Shown here: positions 32,036 through 41,989 of the stretch, piece by piece
Layout: every line of letters begins with the position of its first letter
Numbering within the stretch: position 1 is the stretch's first letter
Source: a virus
Lineage: Duplodnaviria > Caudoviricetes
DNA: 64,000 nt
Direction: 5' to 3' (one strand)
IMG/VR virus record: IMGVR_UViG_3300030117_007612
Location: 64,001 to 128,000 of that record
Position numbers and translations under genes: made by a program
The notes under the pieces: model-generated
Databases searched by the model: none
What the model was told of the DNA's origin: nothing
The model's input: the letters and a program-made list of their open reading frames with translations, nothing else

Positions 32036-33241
32036 ATGGCATCATTTTTAAAAAATTCACACGATATTATAGTCGACGCCGTGTTGACAACCCAAGGGCG
32101 TTATTATATCGCAGAAGGAAAAGAATCACAAAAAATTACACAATTCGCGCTTTTTGATGATGAAATAGATTATTCGTTGTATAGAAGCAAGTATGGCTGC
32201 TTCGGTGAAGAGCACGCTAGTGGGAGTGCTTATTTTGATTTAGATATTTTACAACGACCTGTGCTTGAAGCATTTACTAGGGGATCTGCAATTGGTAAAA
32301 GCAAGCTGGTTACATTAGATGGTAATCCCGATTATTTACCAATCATAAGACCAAACTACAATAGAAAAGACTATTTTCCACAAGTTGATTCTTCTCCGAC
32401 TTGGGGCGCCGAGTCCACGCGTGGCGAAGCACCGGAAGCCGGCCGAGGAATTGAAGAGGGCTTTGTGGTTATTTTTGATGAAGATACACTGCACAAGTTG
32501 AACGGCCACGACTTCGATGAGGGCATAGCTAACTCATACAGCGTGCTGGGGGAAAGATCTGCAAGAGGGATTAATTTTCTAAATGCATTTCAACCAACGG
32601 CGACGGACTGTGGCGGTTGTATTTCGGTTGAACACGGGATTGATTCAAAGGGTACCGCAATGGATGTGATATCACCATATGATACCGATGAATATTTAAA
32701 TTCTGATTATGGATTGTGGGAAACTGATTTTTACATACAATTTAATCCAATGTTTGGTTTTCCTTGTGATATCGCCGGCTCTCAAAGACAAGGTGGATAT
32801 AACACTTTGGGAGAATTTGATCTTGCAACACCAAAATTTGAAACCAGATTTAGGACAGAGGGGTACACTAGTCTTGCTCCGGGCACAATACAGATGATAG
32901 CTCCCCAAGAAACAACGCCCTTAGAGACCGTAATTCATGGGCCCAGAAGCTATAGATTGAATTTTAAATTAACTTTAGGCAATGGGACATACGTAGATTA
33001 TCCACTATCTCATTATCCATTATCAATCTTACACAATCCGGATGAATTTGATAGAATTGGGGCACTACTAACAACAGAGGTGTCATTAAAGATATTCGGA
33101 GAGGATGTGACGTACGCCACGGCTATAGCCAATTCCAATTATTATGGATACAAGTATGTGGATACAGAAGTAAAAATTATTTCAGGAACAACAGGATACG
33201 GAGTCACGATACCGCTTAGGTATATAAGACTATTTACATGA
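32036..33241 (+). CDS. Tail-collar/fibre-attachment-like protein (N-half family, paralogue 1)
   Basis: DAVLTTQGRYYIAEG..ITQFALFDDEIDYSLY; shares GSAY.DL.I.Q.PVLEAFT and C-terminal YKYVDT.V....TTGY...IP with the next gene. Confidence 0.55.
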   Translation: MASFLKNSHDIIVDAVLTTQGRYYIAEGKESQKITQFALFDDEIDYSLYRSKYGCFGEEHASGSAYFDLDILQRPVLEAFTRGSAIGKSKLVTLDGNPDYLPIIRPNYNRKDYFPQVDSSPTWGAESTRGEAPEAGRGIEEGFVVIFDEDTLHKLNGHDFDEGIANSYSVLGERSARGINFLNAFQPTATDCGGCISVEHGIDSKGTAMDVISPYDTDEYLNSDYGLWETDFYIQFNPMFGFPCDIAGSQRQGGYNTLGEFDLATPKFETRFRTEGYTSLAPGTIQMIAPQETTPLETVIHGPRSYRLNFKLTLGNGTYVDYPLSHYPLSILHNPDEFDRIGALLTTEVSLKIFGEDVTYATAIANSNYYGYKYVDTEVKIISGTTGYGVTIPLRYIRLFT

Positions 33242-33289
33242 GACATAAAATCATAATGCAATATAAGTGGAAGAAAACACTCTTAAATA

Positions 33290-33297
33290 CTAATTAT
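33290..33297 (+). promoter_or_regulatory. CTANTTA box (putative late promoter)
   Basis: CTAATTAT before 33316. Confidence 0.45.
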
Positions 33298-33315
33298 ATT
33301 CAGCGAGGAAAATAA

Positions 33316-34344
33316 ATGGCTTTTTTAGATAACTCAGGCGACATCATACTGGACGCTGTGTTGACTGATTTGGGACGAATGAGAATGGCAGACGGAGACT
33401 TTTCAGTTAATAAGTTTGCACTCGGTGACGATGAGGTTGACTACGGCCTTTACGATATAAATCATGTTAGCGGAAGCGCGTACCATGATTTAAAAATTAT
33501 GCAGACACCGGTACTGGAGGCCTTCACAAATAATACCTCTGTCATCAAAAGTAATCTAATGACAATAGACGGCAGTGCTTTGTATCTCCCGGTGTTAAAG
33601 ATAAACACTGCCGGCGATGGCCACAAGGGCGATCCTGTCAATCCCGGCACTGCCGGCGGCGATGTCTTCTTGGTTATTTATGATGAAAATACGCGAACAA
33701 TGATGGACGGCACAGATTCAGAATCCGCTTCCCCGACCGCCACATCTGTCAAGGTTATCGGAGGCTCTTCTCCCCAGAAAAATTATTTAAATGGATACAG
33801 CCCATCCAGCACCGACGGTCGAATTGTTGTTGATCAGGGGCTCGACAGTCCGGATATATCTAAGTTTAGAACGTCTTATTTAACAGCCGGCTCTATGAAC
33901 TTGGTAGAATCGGACTATCTGATTGAGATCGATAGCCGTTTGGGGAAAATTACCGATGTGAACGGAAGCACACTTCCAACCGGCCCCTCAGATGATGACA
34001 ACATGGCTGCGTACATAATGAATGCAACCACAGCAATGGGAACCAGTTTTGTTAGTATCGATCCGAGCGATGTATACCCAACCGCAACTCCAATACAAGG
34101 CCCTTGCGGAACACGAATTAGATTTAAAATTGATGTCAATGGTACTGAATTAGGCGGAAATGATAATTTGCTAGATAAATTGGGAAAAGACCTCACAACC
34201 GGCGTATCCACCACTATGTTCGATAGCAACATCCTTAGTTCAGGCGGTAGCTACAAGTATGTTGATACGATGGTGAGAGTTCGCGGCATGACAACCGGGT
34301 ACGCCCTTGACATACCAGTGAGATTTTTGAAGAAGTTAACATAA
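33316..34344 (+). CDS. Tail-collar/fibre-attachment-like protein (N-half family, paralogue 2)
   Basis: DAVLTDLGRMRMADGDFSVNKFALGDDEVDYGLY; clear paralogue of 32036. Confidence 0.55.
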   Translation: MAFLDNSGDIILDAVLTDLGRMRMADGDFSVNKFALGDDEVDYGLYDINHVSGSAYHDLKIMQTPVLEAFTNNTSVIKSNLMTIDGSALYLPVLKINTAGDGHKGDPVNPGTAGGDVFLVIYDENTRTMMDGTDSESASPTATSVKVIGGSSPQKNYLNGYSPSSTDGRIVVDQGLDSPDISKFRTSYLTAGSMNLVESDYLIEIDSRLGKITDVNGSTLPTGPSDDDNMAAYIMNATTAMGTSFVSIDPSDVYPTATPIQGPCGTRIRFKIDVNGTELGGNDNLLDKLGKDLTTGVSTTMFDSNILSSGGSYKYVDTMVRVRGMTTGYALDIPVRFLKKLT

Positions 34345-34368
34345 TTTATATAACATAAAGAGAATAAG

Positions 34369-35487
34369 ATGGCAAGAATATTTAAAAACTTAGCAGCTGC
34401 AGATAGCACAACAACAAAAACATTATTACATGAAGCAATCCCTATCACTGGGGCGATAATAAATTCCGGAACTTATGCAAATAATAATATTAAAAATTAT
34501 ACTCACGGCATGTTCCAATCAGTTTATGATTATCCTTATTTAAGTTCTTCAGCGAACCATATATTTGATATAACAATGGGTTATTCTGAAACGTCATGCT
34601 TGTCAGCATCGACTAACGTTCAACACGAAAAGAAGACAAATATTTATTATCAAATGGCAAAAATGCTAGTGGGTCATAGCTCATCGGGTGAAATTCAAAA
34701 ATTCGATCCTGACGGCGACTTTAGCACAACCAGCACCAAGATGACTGATGTGTTCTTCCTCAACTTTTCTCGTCTTTTGACAAAAGACGAAATCAAAAAA
34801 GGTTCATTTACTTTAGAGCTTGGCATGGAGCCATCCACTGGCGCCGACCTCCATGAATTAAGAGCAAAAATAATTGATTACAATGCCGCATCGGACTACC
34901 GAGTCAATTCTCCCGCCGGCGAATACGGTTTTTTGTATATCACGAACTCATCCGGTGCACCGGTTTCAGGAACGCACGACCCTACATCTATTAAAGCTGG
35001 TTTAATTTACTATCAAGCCGGCATCGTTGTATTAACTTCCTCAATATTTTCACCAACTGGCTCTAGCCAGATTATTCCTAGTGGCTACTTAAGCAAATCA
35101 ATTGACCTGAACCCCTCGTTTGTTTCAGTTACAGGCTCTCCGCATGCATTGGTTCAGGCAATTACAGGCGGCGCCATTACGGCATCAGCAGACGCGCTCA
35201 GACAGAGAATCTACAACATCTCCTTCAATAACACAACGGAGATTCATTCAAAGATTTACTTCTGCAGATTAGCTCACAATGAATTCAATTACAGCACTAA
35301 TCCAACTTACCTAACCTCGTCCAAGATTGTAGTTAAAAACTCGGCGACGGATACGGCCGTTTCCTATGTTACTGGAATTGGACTCTACAATGCATCCAAC
35401 GAATTGTTAGCTGTAGCCAAGTTGTCCGAGCCATTGAGAAAGGACGAATCAACAGAATTGACGTTAAGAGTGAGATTGGACTACTAA
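34369..35487 (+). CDS. Tail/baseplate structural protein (C-half family, paralogue 1)
   Basis: C-terminal FNYSTNPTY...YVTGIGLYNASNELLAVAKLSEPLRK, shared with the next gene. Confidence 0.55.
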   Translation: MARIFKNLAAADSTTTKTLLHEAIPITGAIINSGTYANNNIKNYTHGMFQSVYDYPYLSSSANHIFDITMGYSETSCLSASTNVQHEKKTNIYYQMAKMLVGHSSSGEIQKFDPDGDFSTTSTKMTDVFFLNFSRLLTKDEIKKGSFTLELGMEPSTGADLHELRAKIIDYNAASDYRVNSPAGEYGFLYITNSSGAPVSGTHDPTSIKAGLIYYQAGIVVLTSSIFSPTGSSQIIPSGYLSKSIDLNPSFVSVTGSPHALVQAITGGAITASADALRQRIYNISFNNTTEIHSKIYFCRLAHNEFNYSTNPTYLTSSKIVVKNSATDTAVSYVTGIGLYNASNELLAVAKLSEPLRKDESTELTLRVRLDY

Positions 35488-35491
35488 TGAA

Positions 35492-36706
35492 ATGGCATTT
35501 AAGAAATTCAATCCAGAAGAAGTCTTAATAAATACAATTCAAGCTTATCCGAAGTGTGAATTTTTCATATACAACGGGCGCATATTTTACAACAAAACAC
35601 CAGAATTATCTGGCGCTTTTAATGCTAACGCTAATAGCGTTCCGACCGGCCACATAAGCTTGTATGAAATGAATGTCGATAAACTAAGTGGTTCGAATAA
35701 TTATTCATACCCTTTTATCACAAAAGACAGCACGCTGTCATCATTCAAAACTGTGTCTACAACCGCTTTTCATACCGGATTTGGATTTGGAGACACGCTA
35801 ACTAGTTCGTATCCGCTTTCCGCTAGTATTACGCGAGAATATATCGTATCAGCCGTTGACACATCAAACAGGAAAAGAATACTAGCATTGCAGAGCACGC
35901 TAGATCATTATAAAAAAATAAGTCGCCATTATGCTTTCACTGAGAATGGTCGACCCGATGCGGTCCCTTTGTATGGAGATAAGGCAACCCAAAAAATTAA
36001 TTTGATTTCCATACCTTCTATTTTTTATGGTACAGAAATCAAAAAAGGCACAATTGACCTGAAGTATTATATAAGTGGTACACTTATTGGTCAAATAAAA
36101 GACGAGAAAAGAAATGGTGAGCTTATACAAATAGGCCCCGAAGGCTCTAACGGATCTGGTTCAGTAGCGGGCGTTGCATTATATAAAGAGGGCTTTCTTC
36201 TTTTAACCGGAAGCTGGGCCTTGGACACAAATAGTTTCAATTACGTTTCCGATTTAACAGTTAAAAATAATCCAGCATGGCTATTCTGGGGTGTTGGTGC
36301 GAATGATGGGTTCGCCCCCTCGGACTCCGGAAGGACAAGTTTAATATCCAGTAGTTATAATTTAGCATTTTCTGGTTCGCAACAAATTCAAACCGTGACA
36401 ATGTTGGCACACGCGAAGATAGGGCAAGCAAATTATTCTACAAATCCCACATATATTAGGAGCGGCTCAGTAGATTTGCGAAACACAGGAAGTTTTGGGT
36501 ACGTTGAAAATGAACACAGAGTCTTAAAAAATATAGCCAGTTCTAGTTTTGCAGATGTTCCGGGCGTTTATGAAAAACAAGTATACATTTCCAGAGTTGC
36601 AATTTACGACAAAGACAAAAACTTAATTGGCGTTGCTACAGTTGCTAATCCGGTTAGAAAGCCAAGTGGTCGAAGTTTAACGTTTAAACTTAAGGTTGAT
36701 TTATAG
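35492..36706 (+). CDS. Tail/baseplate structural protein (C-half family, paralogue 2)
   Basis: C-terminal ANYSTNPTY...YISRVAIYDKDKNLIGVATVANPVRK; internal EIKKG motif shared with 34369. Confidence 0.55.
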   Translation: MAFKKFNPEEVLINTIQAYPKCEFFIYNGRIFYNKTPELSGAFNANANSVPTGHISLYEMNVDKLSGSNNYSYPFITKDSTLSSFKTVSTTAFHTGFGFGDTLTSSYPLSASITREYIVSAVDTSNRKRILALQSTLDHYKKISRHYAFTENGRPDAVPLYGDKATQKINLISIPSIFYGTEIKKGTIDLKYYISGTLIGQIKDEKRNGELIQIGPEGSNGSGSVAGVALYKEGFLLLTGSWALDTNSFNYVSDLTVKNNPAWLFWGVGANDGFAPSDSGRTSLISSSYNLAFSGSQQIQTVTMLAHAKIGQANYSTNPTYIRSGSVDLRNTGSFGYVENEHRVLKNIASSSFADVPGVYEKQVYISRVAIYDKDKNLIGVATVANPVRKPSGRSLTFKLKVDL

Positions 36707-36717
36707 TATAGTGAGTT

Positions 36718-37287
36718 ATGATTCTAGGAATTGATATATCAACAAGTATCACGGGCTTCTCCATTGTCGGCGATCAAAAACTGCTGCATTATGGCTCAGT
36801 CGATCTTAGAAAGCATGACGATCTTTTTGACAAAGCGAATTTTCTCAAAGAACACCTAGAAGATTATTTTGAGGCTTACCAGCTTGATAATGATTCAGGT
36901 TGGGGTGGATCAAGATTTCCAATAACAAATATTTACATTGAACAGCCGCTCCATATGTTTATGAAGGGCAAGTCTTCCGCCAGCACCCTGTCTAAATTAA
37001 TGAGATTTAACGGAATAGTATCTTATATTGTATATGAACTCTTTGAAATTAAGCCACAATACATCGCAGCAACCACGGCACGAAAACAATGTGGCATTAA
37101 AGTGAAGCGCGGCGAAAAAGCAAAAGAAGTAGTTTTAGAGCACCTATTGACAAACGAGTCTGCCTTTAAAATAGAATATACAAGATTTGGAAACCCAAAA
37201 CCTGAATCTTATGATAGAGCAGATGCAATTGTTATCGCGAAAGCTGGCGCTATTATAGAGGAAAAAAATACCTTAAATAAACGTTGA
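36718..37287 (+). CDS. RuvC-like Holliday junction resolvase
   Basis: ILGIDISTSITG (catalytic D), YIEQP (E) and YDRADA (D..D) give the RNase H-fold RuvC acidic residues. Confidence 0.85.
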   Translation: MILGIDISTSITGFSIVGDQKLLHYGSVDLRKHDDLFDKANFLKEHLEDYFEAYQLDNDSGWGGSRFPITNIYIEQPLHMFMKGKSSASTLSKLMRFNGIVSYIVYELFEIKPQYIAATTARKQCGIKVKRGEKAKEVVLEHLLTNESAFKIEYTRFGNPKPESYDRADAIVIAKAGAIIEEKNTLNKR

Positions 37288-37312
37288 CACATTTAATTTT
37301 GTGTGTTATAGT
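37284..37312 (+). promoter_or_regulatory. Sigma70-type promoter upstream of the PPIase
   Basis: TTGACA (37284-89), 17-nt spacer, TATAGT (37307-12), with extended -10 TG. Confidence 0.8.
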
Positions 37313-37343
37313 TGTTAAGCAATTTCATTAAAAAGGAGAAATA

Positions 37344-37787
37344 ATGAAAGTAAAAACTGGAAGCAATGTGAGTGTACACTATCGTGGCACTCTCTTAAAA
37401 GATGGAACCGAATTTGATAATTCGCGCACCCGTGGTCAGACCTTGGATTTTCAAGTGGGCGTTACTGCGATGATTAGTGGATTCACTGACGCTCTAATTG
37501 GAATGACTGAGGGTCAAACAAAGACTGTCACACTAACACCAAGCCAAGCATATGGAGATCGAGATCCCGCGGCACTTCAGCCGGTACCCAAGGATGCCTT
37601 TGGAGAAAACTTTACACAGCTTGAAGTTGGGGAAACCGTTCAAGGTCAACGACCCGATGGCGGCTCTTTTTTGGCCAAGGTGCACGAATTGAATGAAGAG
37701 GTCGCAGTCCTTGATTTGAATCACCCTCTTGCCGGCGAAGATCTCAATTTTGAGATTGAGCTTGTTTCTGTTCAAGAACCTGAATAA
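37344..37787 (+). CDS. FKBP-type peptidyl-prolyl cis-trans isomerase, SlyD/FkpB-like with insert-in-flap domain
   Basis: VSVHYRGTL.DGTEFDNS, G....ISGF..AL.GM, AYG and DLNHPLAGEDLNFEIELV; AGGAG SD; no His-rich SlyD tail. Confidence 0.92.
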   Translation: MKVKTGSNVSVHYRGTLLKDGTEFDNSRTRGQTLDFQVGVTAMISGFTDALIGMTEGQTKTVTLTPSQAYGDRDPAALQPVPKDAFGENFTQLEVGETVQGQRPDGGSFLAKVHELNEEVAVLDLNHPLAGEDLNFEIELVSVQEPE

Positions 37788-37792
37788 ATTTC

Positions 37793-37821
37793 TTGACTTA
37801 TTTGGCCTAGCATACTAATAT
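37793..37821 (+). promoter_or_regulatory. Probable sigma70-type promoter upstream of primase
   Basis: TTGACT (37793-98), 17-nt spacer, TAATAT (37816-21). Confidence 0.55.
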
Positions 37822-37835
37822 ATAGTTGAGGGCAC

Positions 37836-38774
37836 ATGCATACCAAAGACGCAATAAATACCCTAAGTGCGGTGTTGGGCACTTGTAGAAAACTAAGCAA
37901 TGATGAGTATTATTTCAAATGCCCTGCATGCGATCATCGAAAGCATAAGCTCGCTATTAATTTGGATAAAAATGCTTTTCATTGTTGGATTTGTGATTAT
38001 CGCGGCCGTAATATTCGCCGGCTTGTTAGGCGTTTTGGTACGTTTGCACAATTACAAGCATGGGACAGATTATCAGGCCAAGTTGATCTTACAGTATTTG
38101 ATTCTTTGTTCGATTCGAGCGTCACTGAGCCGGAAGAAATATTACAACTACCGGTAGAATTCAAAAGCTTAGCAAACAATAGGGCGCCCGCCACTGGCAT
38201 TGCTGCCTTATCGTATTTAAAGAACAGAGACATCACTAAAGAAGATATACTTAAATGGAAAATAGGGTACTGCTTTTCAGGCGAATATGAAAACAGAATT
38301 ATAATTCCTTCTTTTAATAAAGATGGAGATTTGAATTATTTTATTGCGAGAAATTATTCCAATGATTATAAAAAATATAAAAATCCCAAAGCCTCTAAGA
38401 ATATCATTTTTAACGAGCTATATATTGACTGGAATACTGACCTTGTTTTAGTTGAAGGAGTTTTTGATGCTATTCGGGCCGGAAACGCTGCTCCTATATT
38501 GGGTTCAACCCTACGGGCAGAATCAAAATTATTACGAAAGATTGTACAAAACGACACCCCAATCTATGTCGCCTTGGATCCCGACGCTGCCGCAAAAGAG
38601 CGTAAAATTATTCAAATGCTCTTGCGATATGATATCGAGGTTTATAAAGTCGATGTATCTGGCTACGAAGACGTAGGTTCCATGCCAAAAGGTGTTTTTG
38701 AAGAAAGAAAAAGCAACGCCAATTTAATAGATAGAGACGATTATTTGCTATTGGATTTGCTGTCCGCAGTATAA
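37836..38774 (+). CDS. DNA primase (Zn-binding domain + TOPRIM)
   Basis: CPACDH...CWIC zinc finger; RIIIP; VEGVFDA and LDPD TOPRIM acidic motifs. Confidence 0.9.
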   Translation: MHTKDAINTLSAVLGTCRKLSNDEYYFKCPACDHRKHKLAINLDKNAFHCWICDYRGRNIRRLVRRFGTFAQLQAWDRLSGQVDLTVFDSLFDSSVTEPEEILQLPVEFKSLANNRAPATGIAALSYLKNRDITKEDILKWKIGYCFSGEYENRIIIPSFNKDGDLNYFIARNYSNDYKKYKNPKASKNIIFNELYIDWNTDLVLVEGVFDAIRAGNAAPILGSTLRAESKLLRKIVQNDTPIYVALDPDAAAKERKIIQMLLRYDIEVYKVDVSGYEDVGSMPKGVFEERKSNANLIDRDDYLLLDLLSAV

Positions 38775-38779
38775 AACGC

Positions 38780-38808
38780 TTGACAGGTCTAAATCAATAA
38801 GATATAAT
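38780..38808 (+). promoter_or_regulatory. Consensus sigma70 promoter upstream of the SbcD-SbcC fusion
   Basis: Perfect TTGACA (38780-85), 17-nt spacer, TATAAT (38803-08); GGGAGG SD before the GTG at 38828. Confidence 0.9.
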
Positions 38809-38827
38809 CTATGTATAGGGAGGCAGT

Positions 38828-41800
38828 GTGAAATTTGCACATATCAGTGATACTCACATTAAAAATCTAAAGTACCACTACGAATATCGAGTCGTTTTTG
38901 AGCAGCTTTATGAAAAGTTGCGAGAAGAAAAGGTTGACTACATTATTCATTGTGGCGATGTTGCGCATACGAAAACTCAGATATCACCTGAGTATGTTGA
39001 GATGTGTTCATTGTTTTTTGAGAATCTTGCTAATATTGCGCCAACTTACGCAATTTTGGGCAACCACGACGGCAACTTGAAGAACAGTAGTCGTCAAGAT
39101 GCTTTGACGCCGATATTTAACGCGCTTAATCATCCGAACCTTTTCTTGCTAAAAGATTCAGGCGAAACCATTTTGGATGATAAATTTTGCCTTAATGTGT
39201 TGTCTGTTTTTGATCGTGACAATTGGATCAAGCCGTCCGATTCTGACAAGATAAATATTGCACTTTATCATGGTTCTATATCTAATTGCAAGACTGATAT
39301 AAACTGGACGATGACCAATGGCGAGGATGAAATTGGCATCTTTGATGGCTTCGACTTTGCAATGTTGGGAGATATTCATCGGCGCCAATTCTTAGATGAA
39401 GCCGGCCGAGTATGGTATGCAGGTTCCACAGTACAACAGAACCATGGCGAAACAAATGACAAGGGAATATTGATTTGGAATATTGAATCTAAGGACGATT
39501 GGGACATCGACCCTGTTGTTTTCAAGAATCCCAAACCCTTTGTAACGTTGGAGTTAACACAGAAAGGCAGAATGCCTAAAGGTGCAGATGTTCCGGAAGG
39601 CGCGCGCCTTAGACTGGTAAGCAATAACAACTTGCCGTTAAGTGTTATGAAGCGCGCCATTGACATCGCGAAGCATCGTTTTAAACCAGAAAGTGTTACG
39701 TTTCTTAATCGTGCCGCCGGCGAGCGCGGTGATGTGAGTGAAATCACAGACACACTTAAGACTGAGAATCTTCGTGATATAAATATTCAAGAAGAATTGA
39801 TGGATGAGTATCTAAAGGAGTACCAAGTTGACTCTTCCACAATGGAAAAGATTTACGAATTGAATCGAAAATATAAAAAGCTGGTAGAAAATAGCGATGA
39901 TATATCGAGAAACGTGAATTGGAGACTGACAAATTTTGAATTTGATAACTTGTTTAATTACGGAGAAGGCAACAATGTAAGCTTTGAGGATCTCAATGGG
40001 ATTACAGGGATCTTCGGCAAGAACTATTCTGGCAAGAGTAGCATTATTGATGCTGTACTTTGGACACTCTTTAATACAACCTCGAAAAACGAACGTAAGA
40101 ACCTCAATGTCATTAATCAGAACAAAGAGTTCTGCCGCGGCAAACTGACAATCGATGTAGGCCACCTAAGATATACAGTCGAAAGAACAGCTGAAAAATA
40201 TATTAAGCGCCTAAAGGGTGAGGAAACTCTAGAAGCCAAGACCGATTTAAATTTTGAGGTGCATGATCAGGCGACTGGGGAAACTGTATCTTTAAATGGC
40301 CTGAGTCGCAACAACACTGATGCCAACATACGCCGTCATTTTGGTGAGTGCGAAGATTTTCTAATCTCTTCAATGGCCTCACAGCACGGTGCTCTATCAT
40401 TCATTGACGAAGGCTCAACACGCCGTAAAGAAATAATTGCAAAGTTTCTTGATTTAGAGATATTTGAAAAGAAATTTAAATTAGCTAAAGAGGATTCGAC
40501 TGATCTTAAGGGCGCCCTCCGTCGCTTAGAGAGCAGAAATTACGACGAAGAGATAGTCGAGGCCTCCGCCACCTTAGAAGAGAAGAGGGTGGAACTGAAG
40601 CGCCACGAAACTCAATGCGAAATTTTAAAAACAAAAATCGACGATATTACAGAAACGTGTGAATCACTAAAGAATAGTATTGAGGCGATTCCAGAAGAAG
40701 TTATAAATGTAATAGACACAAAGCGGGAAATCAAAAAGAGAAACATGCAGATCGCCTCCTTAGAATTGGAAGGCGCAGAGAACAAAAACATATTAATATC
40801 CAAAAAGGCTACATCTGAAAAGATCATAGAATACCTTGCGAAAATTGATATTGATGCACTGAATCGACAAAACAGCATAATTACAAACCTATCAACACAA
40901 AGACAAGAACAGGAAAACATTTTAAATGATCTGCTCTCCCAAATAGAACAGATTGAGAAAAAGTCAAAATTGCTAGATGGGATTCCTTGCGGCTCTGATT
41001 ATCCTCAGTGTAAGTTTATTAGAGACGCTAATGTCGCTGTTGCAAACTTGCCACACGTGCAACAAGAAAGAGAAAACTCACAAACTCAGTTTAAAATTTT
41101 AGATAAAAAACTATCAAGCATGCGACCGAAAACAGTCGAAGAGCAGCTTGAAAAATACAATCTAGTTTTGCAAAAACAAAACACCGTTACTCATGAGATT
41201 GCGGATTTAAATTTATCAATCGAAAAAGGTCAAGCTTCAATTGAAAGATTAACCTATGAATTGAAAGAGTTTGAGCAGAAAAAACAAAAATATGAAGAAA
41301 ATAAAGAAGTCATCGAAAACTTTGAAGAGTTCTCATCAGAATTAGCAACTTGTCATGCCAACTTAGAGAAGGCAGAGAAACAATACAACAAATGTGAAAA
41401 TCAAAAACTTGAACTTTACAAAGAAATAGGATCATCCGAAGAACGCGTACAAAGCATAAAAGAACAAAAACAGGAATACTTATCTTTACGGGAGGAGTAT
41501 TCAGCCTATGATCTTTATATGCGTTGCATGCATACATCTGGCATTGCTTACGATATTATTAAACGCAAACTTCCAGTTATCAACCAAGAGATCGCGAAAG
41601 TCCTAGCAAACATCGTTGACTTTGAAATATTCTTTGAAGATTCTGGAAAGAAATTTGATATTTTTATCAAGCACCCTCGACACGAACCGAGACCGATTGA
41701 AATGGCATCCGGCGCCGAAAAAACCATGGGGGCCATGGCAATTCGTTTGGCGCTCTTGAGTGTTTCGTCGTTGCCCAAGAGTGATTTATTTATTCTTGAT

Positions 41801-41977
41801 GAACCCGGCACAGCATTAGATGAAGAAAATATGGAAGGTTTTATTCGTATTTTGGAACTAATTAAAGTGTATTTCAAGAACGTCTTGTTGATCTCGCACC
41901 TTGACTCTCTCAAGGACTGTGTTGATATGCAAATTGTGATTGAAAAGAAATCAGGATATGCAAAAGTAAATCAATAG
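38828..41977 (+). CDS. Fused SbcD/Mre11 nuclease - SbcC/Rad50 ATPase (T4 gp47+gp46 equivalent)
   Basis: Phosphoesterase motifs DTH, GD, GNHD, HG, GDIH, YAGS; Walker A GKNYSGKS; coiled coil with CGSDYPQC; signature ASGAEK; Walker B FILDEP; H-loop ISH. Confidence 0.93.
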   Translation: MKFAHISDTHIKNLKYHYEYRVVFEQLYEKLREEKVDYIIHCGDVAHTKTQISPEYVEMCSLFFENLANIAPTYAILGNHDGNLKNSSRQDALTPIFNALNHPNLFLLKDSGETILDDKFCLNVLSVFDRDNWIKPSDSDKINIALYHGSISNCKTDINWTMTNGEDEIGIFDGFDFAMLGDIHRRQFLDEAGRVWYAGSTVQQNHGETNDKGILIWNIESKDDWDIDPVVFKNPKPFVTLELTQKGRMPKGADVPEGARLRLVSNNNLPLSVMKRAIDIAKHRFKPESVTFLNRAAGERGDVSEITDTLKTENLRDINIQEELMDEYLKEYQVDSSTMEKIYELNRKYKKLVENSDDISRNVNWRLTNFEFDNLFNYGEGNNVSFEDLNGITGIFGKNYSGKSSIIDAVLWTLFNTTSKNERKNLNVINQNKEFCRGKLTIDVGHLRYTVERTAEKYIKRLKGEETLEAKTDLNFEVHDQATGETVSLNGLSRNNTDANIRRHFGECEDFLISSMASQHGALSFIDEGSTRRKEIIAKFLDLEIFEKKFKLAKEDSTDLKGALRRLESRNYDEEIVEASATLEEKRVELKRHETQCEILKTKIDDITETCESLKNSIEAIPEEVINVIDTKREIKKRNMQIASLELEGAENKNILISKKATSEKIIEYLAKIDIDALNRQNSIITNLSTQRQEQENILNDLLSQIEQIEKKSKLLDGIPCGSDYPQCKFIRDANVAVANLPHVQQERENSQTQFKILDKKLSSMRPKTVEEQLEKYNLVLQKQNTVTHEIADLNLSIEKGQASIERLTYELKEFEQKKQKYEENKEVIENFEEFSSELATCHANLEKAEKQYNKCENQKLELYKEIGSSEERVQSIKEQKQEYLSLREEYSAYDLYMRCMHTSGIAYDIIKRKLPVINQEIAKVLANIVDFEIFFEDSGKKFDIFIKHPRHEPRPIEMASGAEKTMGAMAIRLALLSVSSLPKSDLFILDEPGTALDEENMEGFIRILELIKVYFKNVLLISHLDSLKDCVDMQIVIEKKSGYAKVNQ

Positions 41978-41989
41978 GAGGTGCACGTG

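Noticed and set aside
36718-37287. TnpB/Cas12-like nuclease or transposase
   Set aside because: Only 189 aa of RuvC fold; no HTH, Zn ribbon, omegaRNA space or IS ends.
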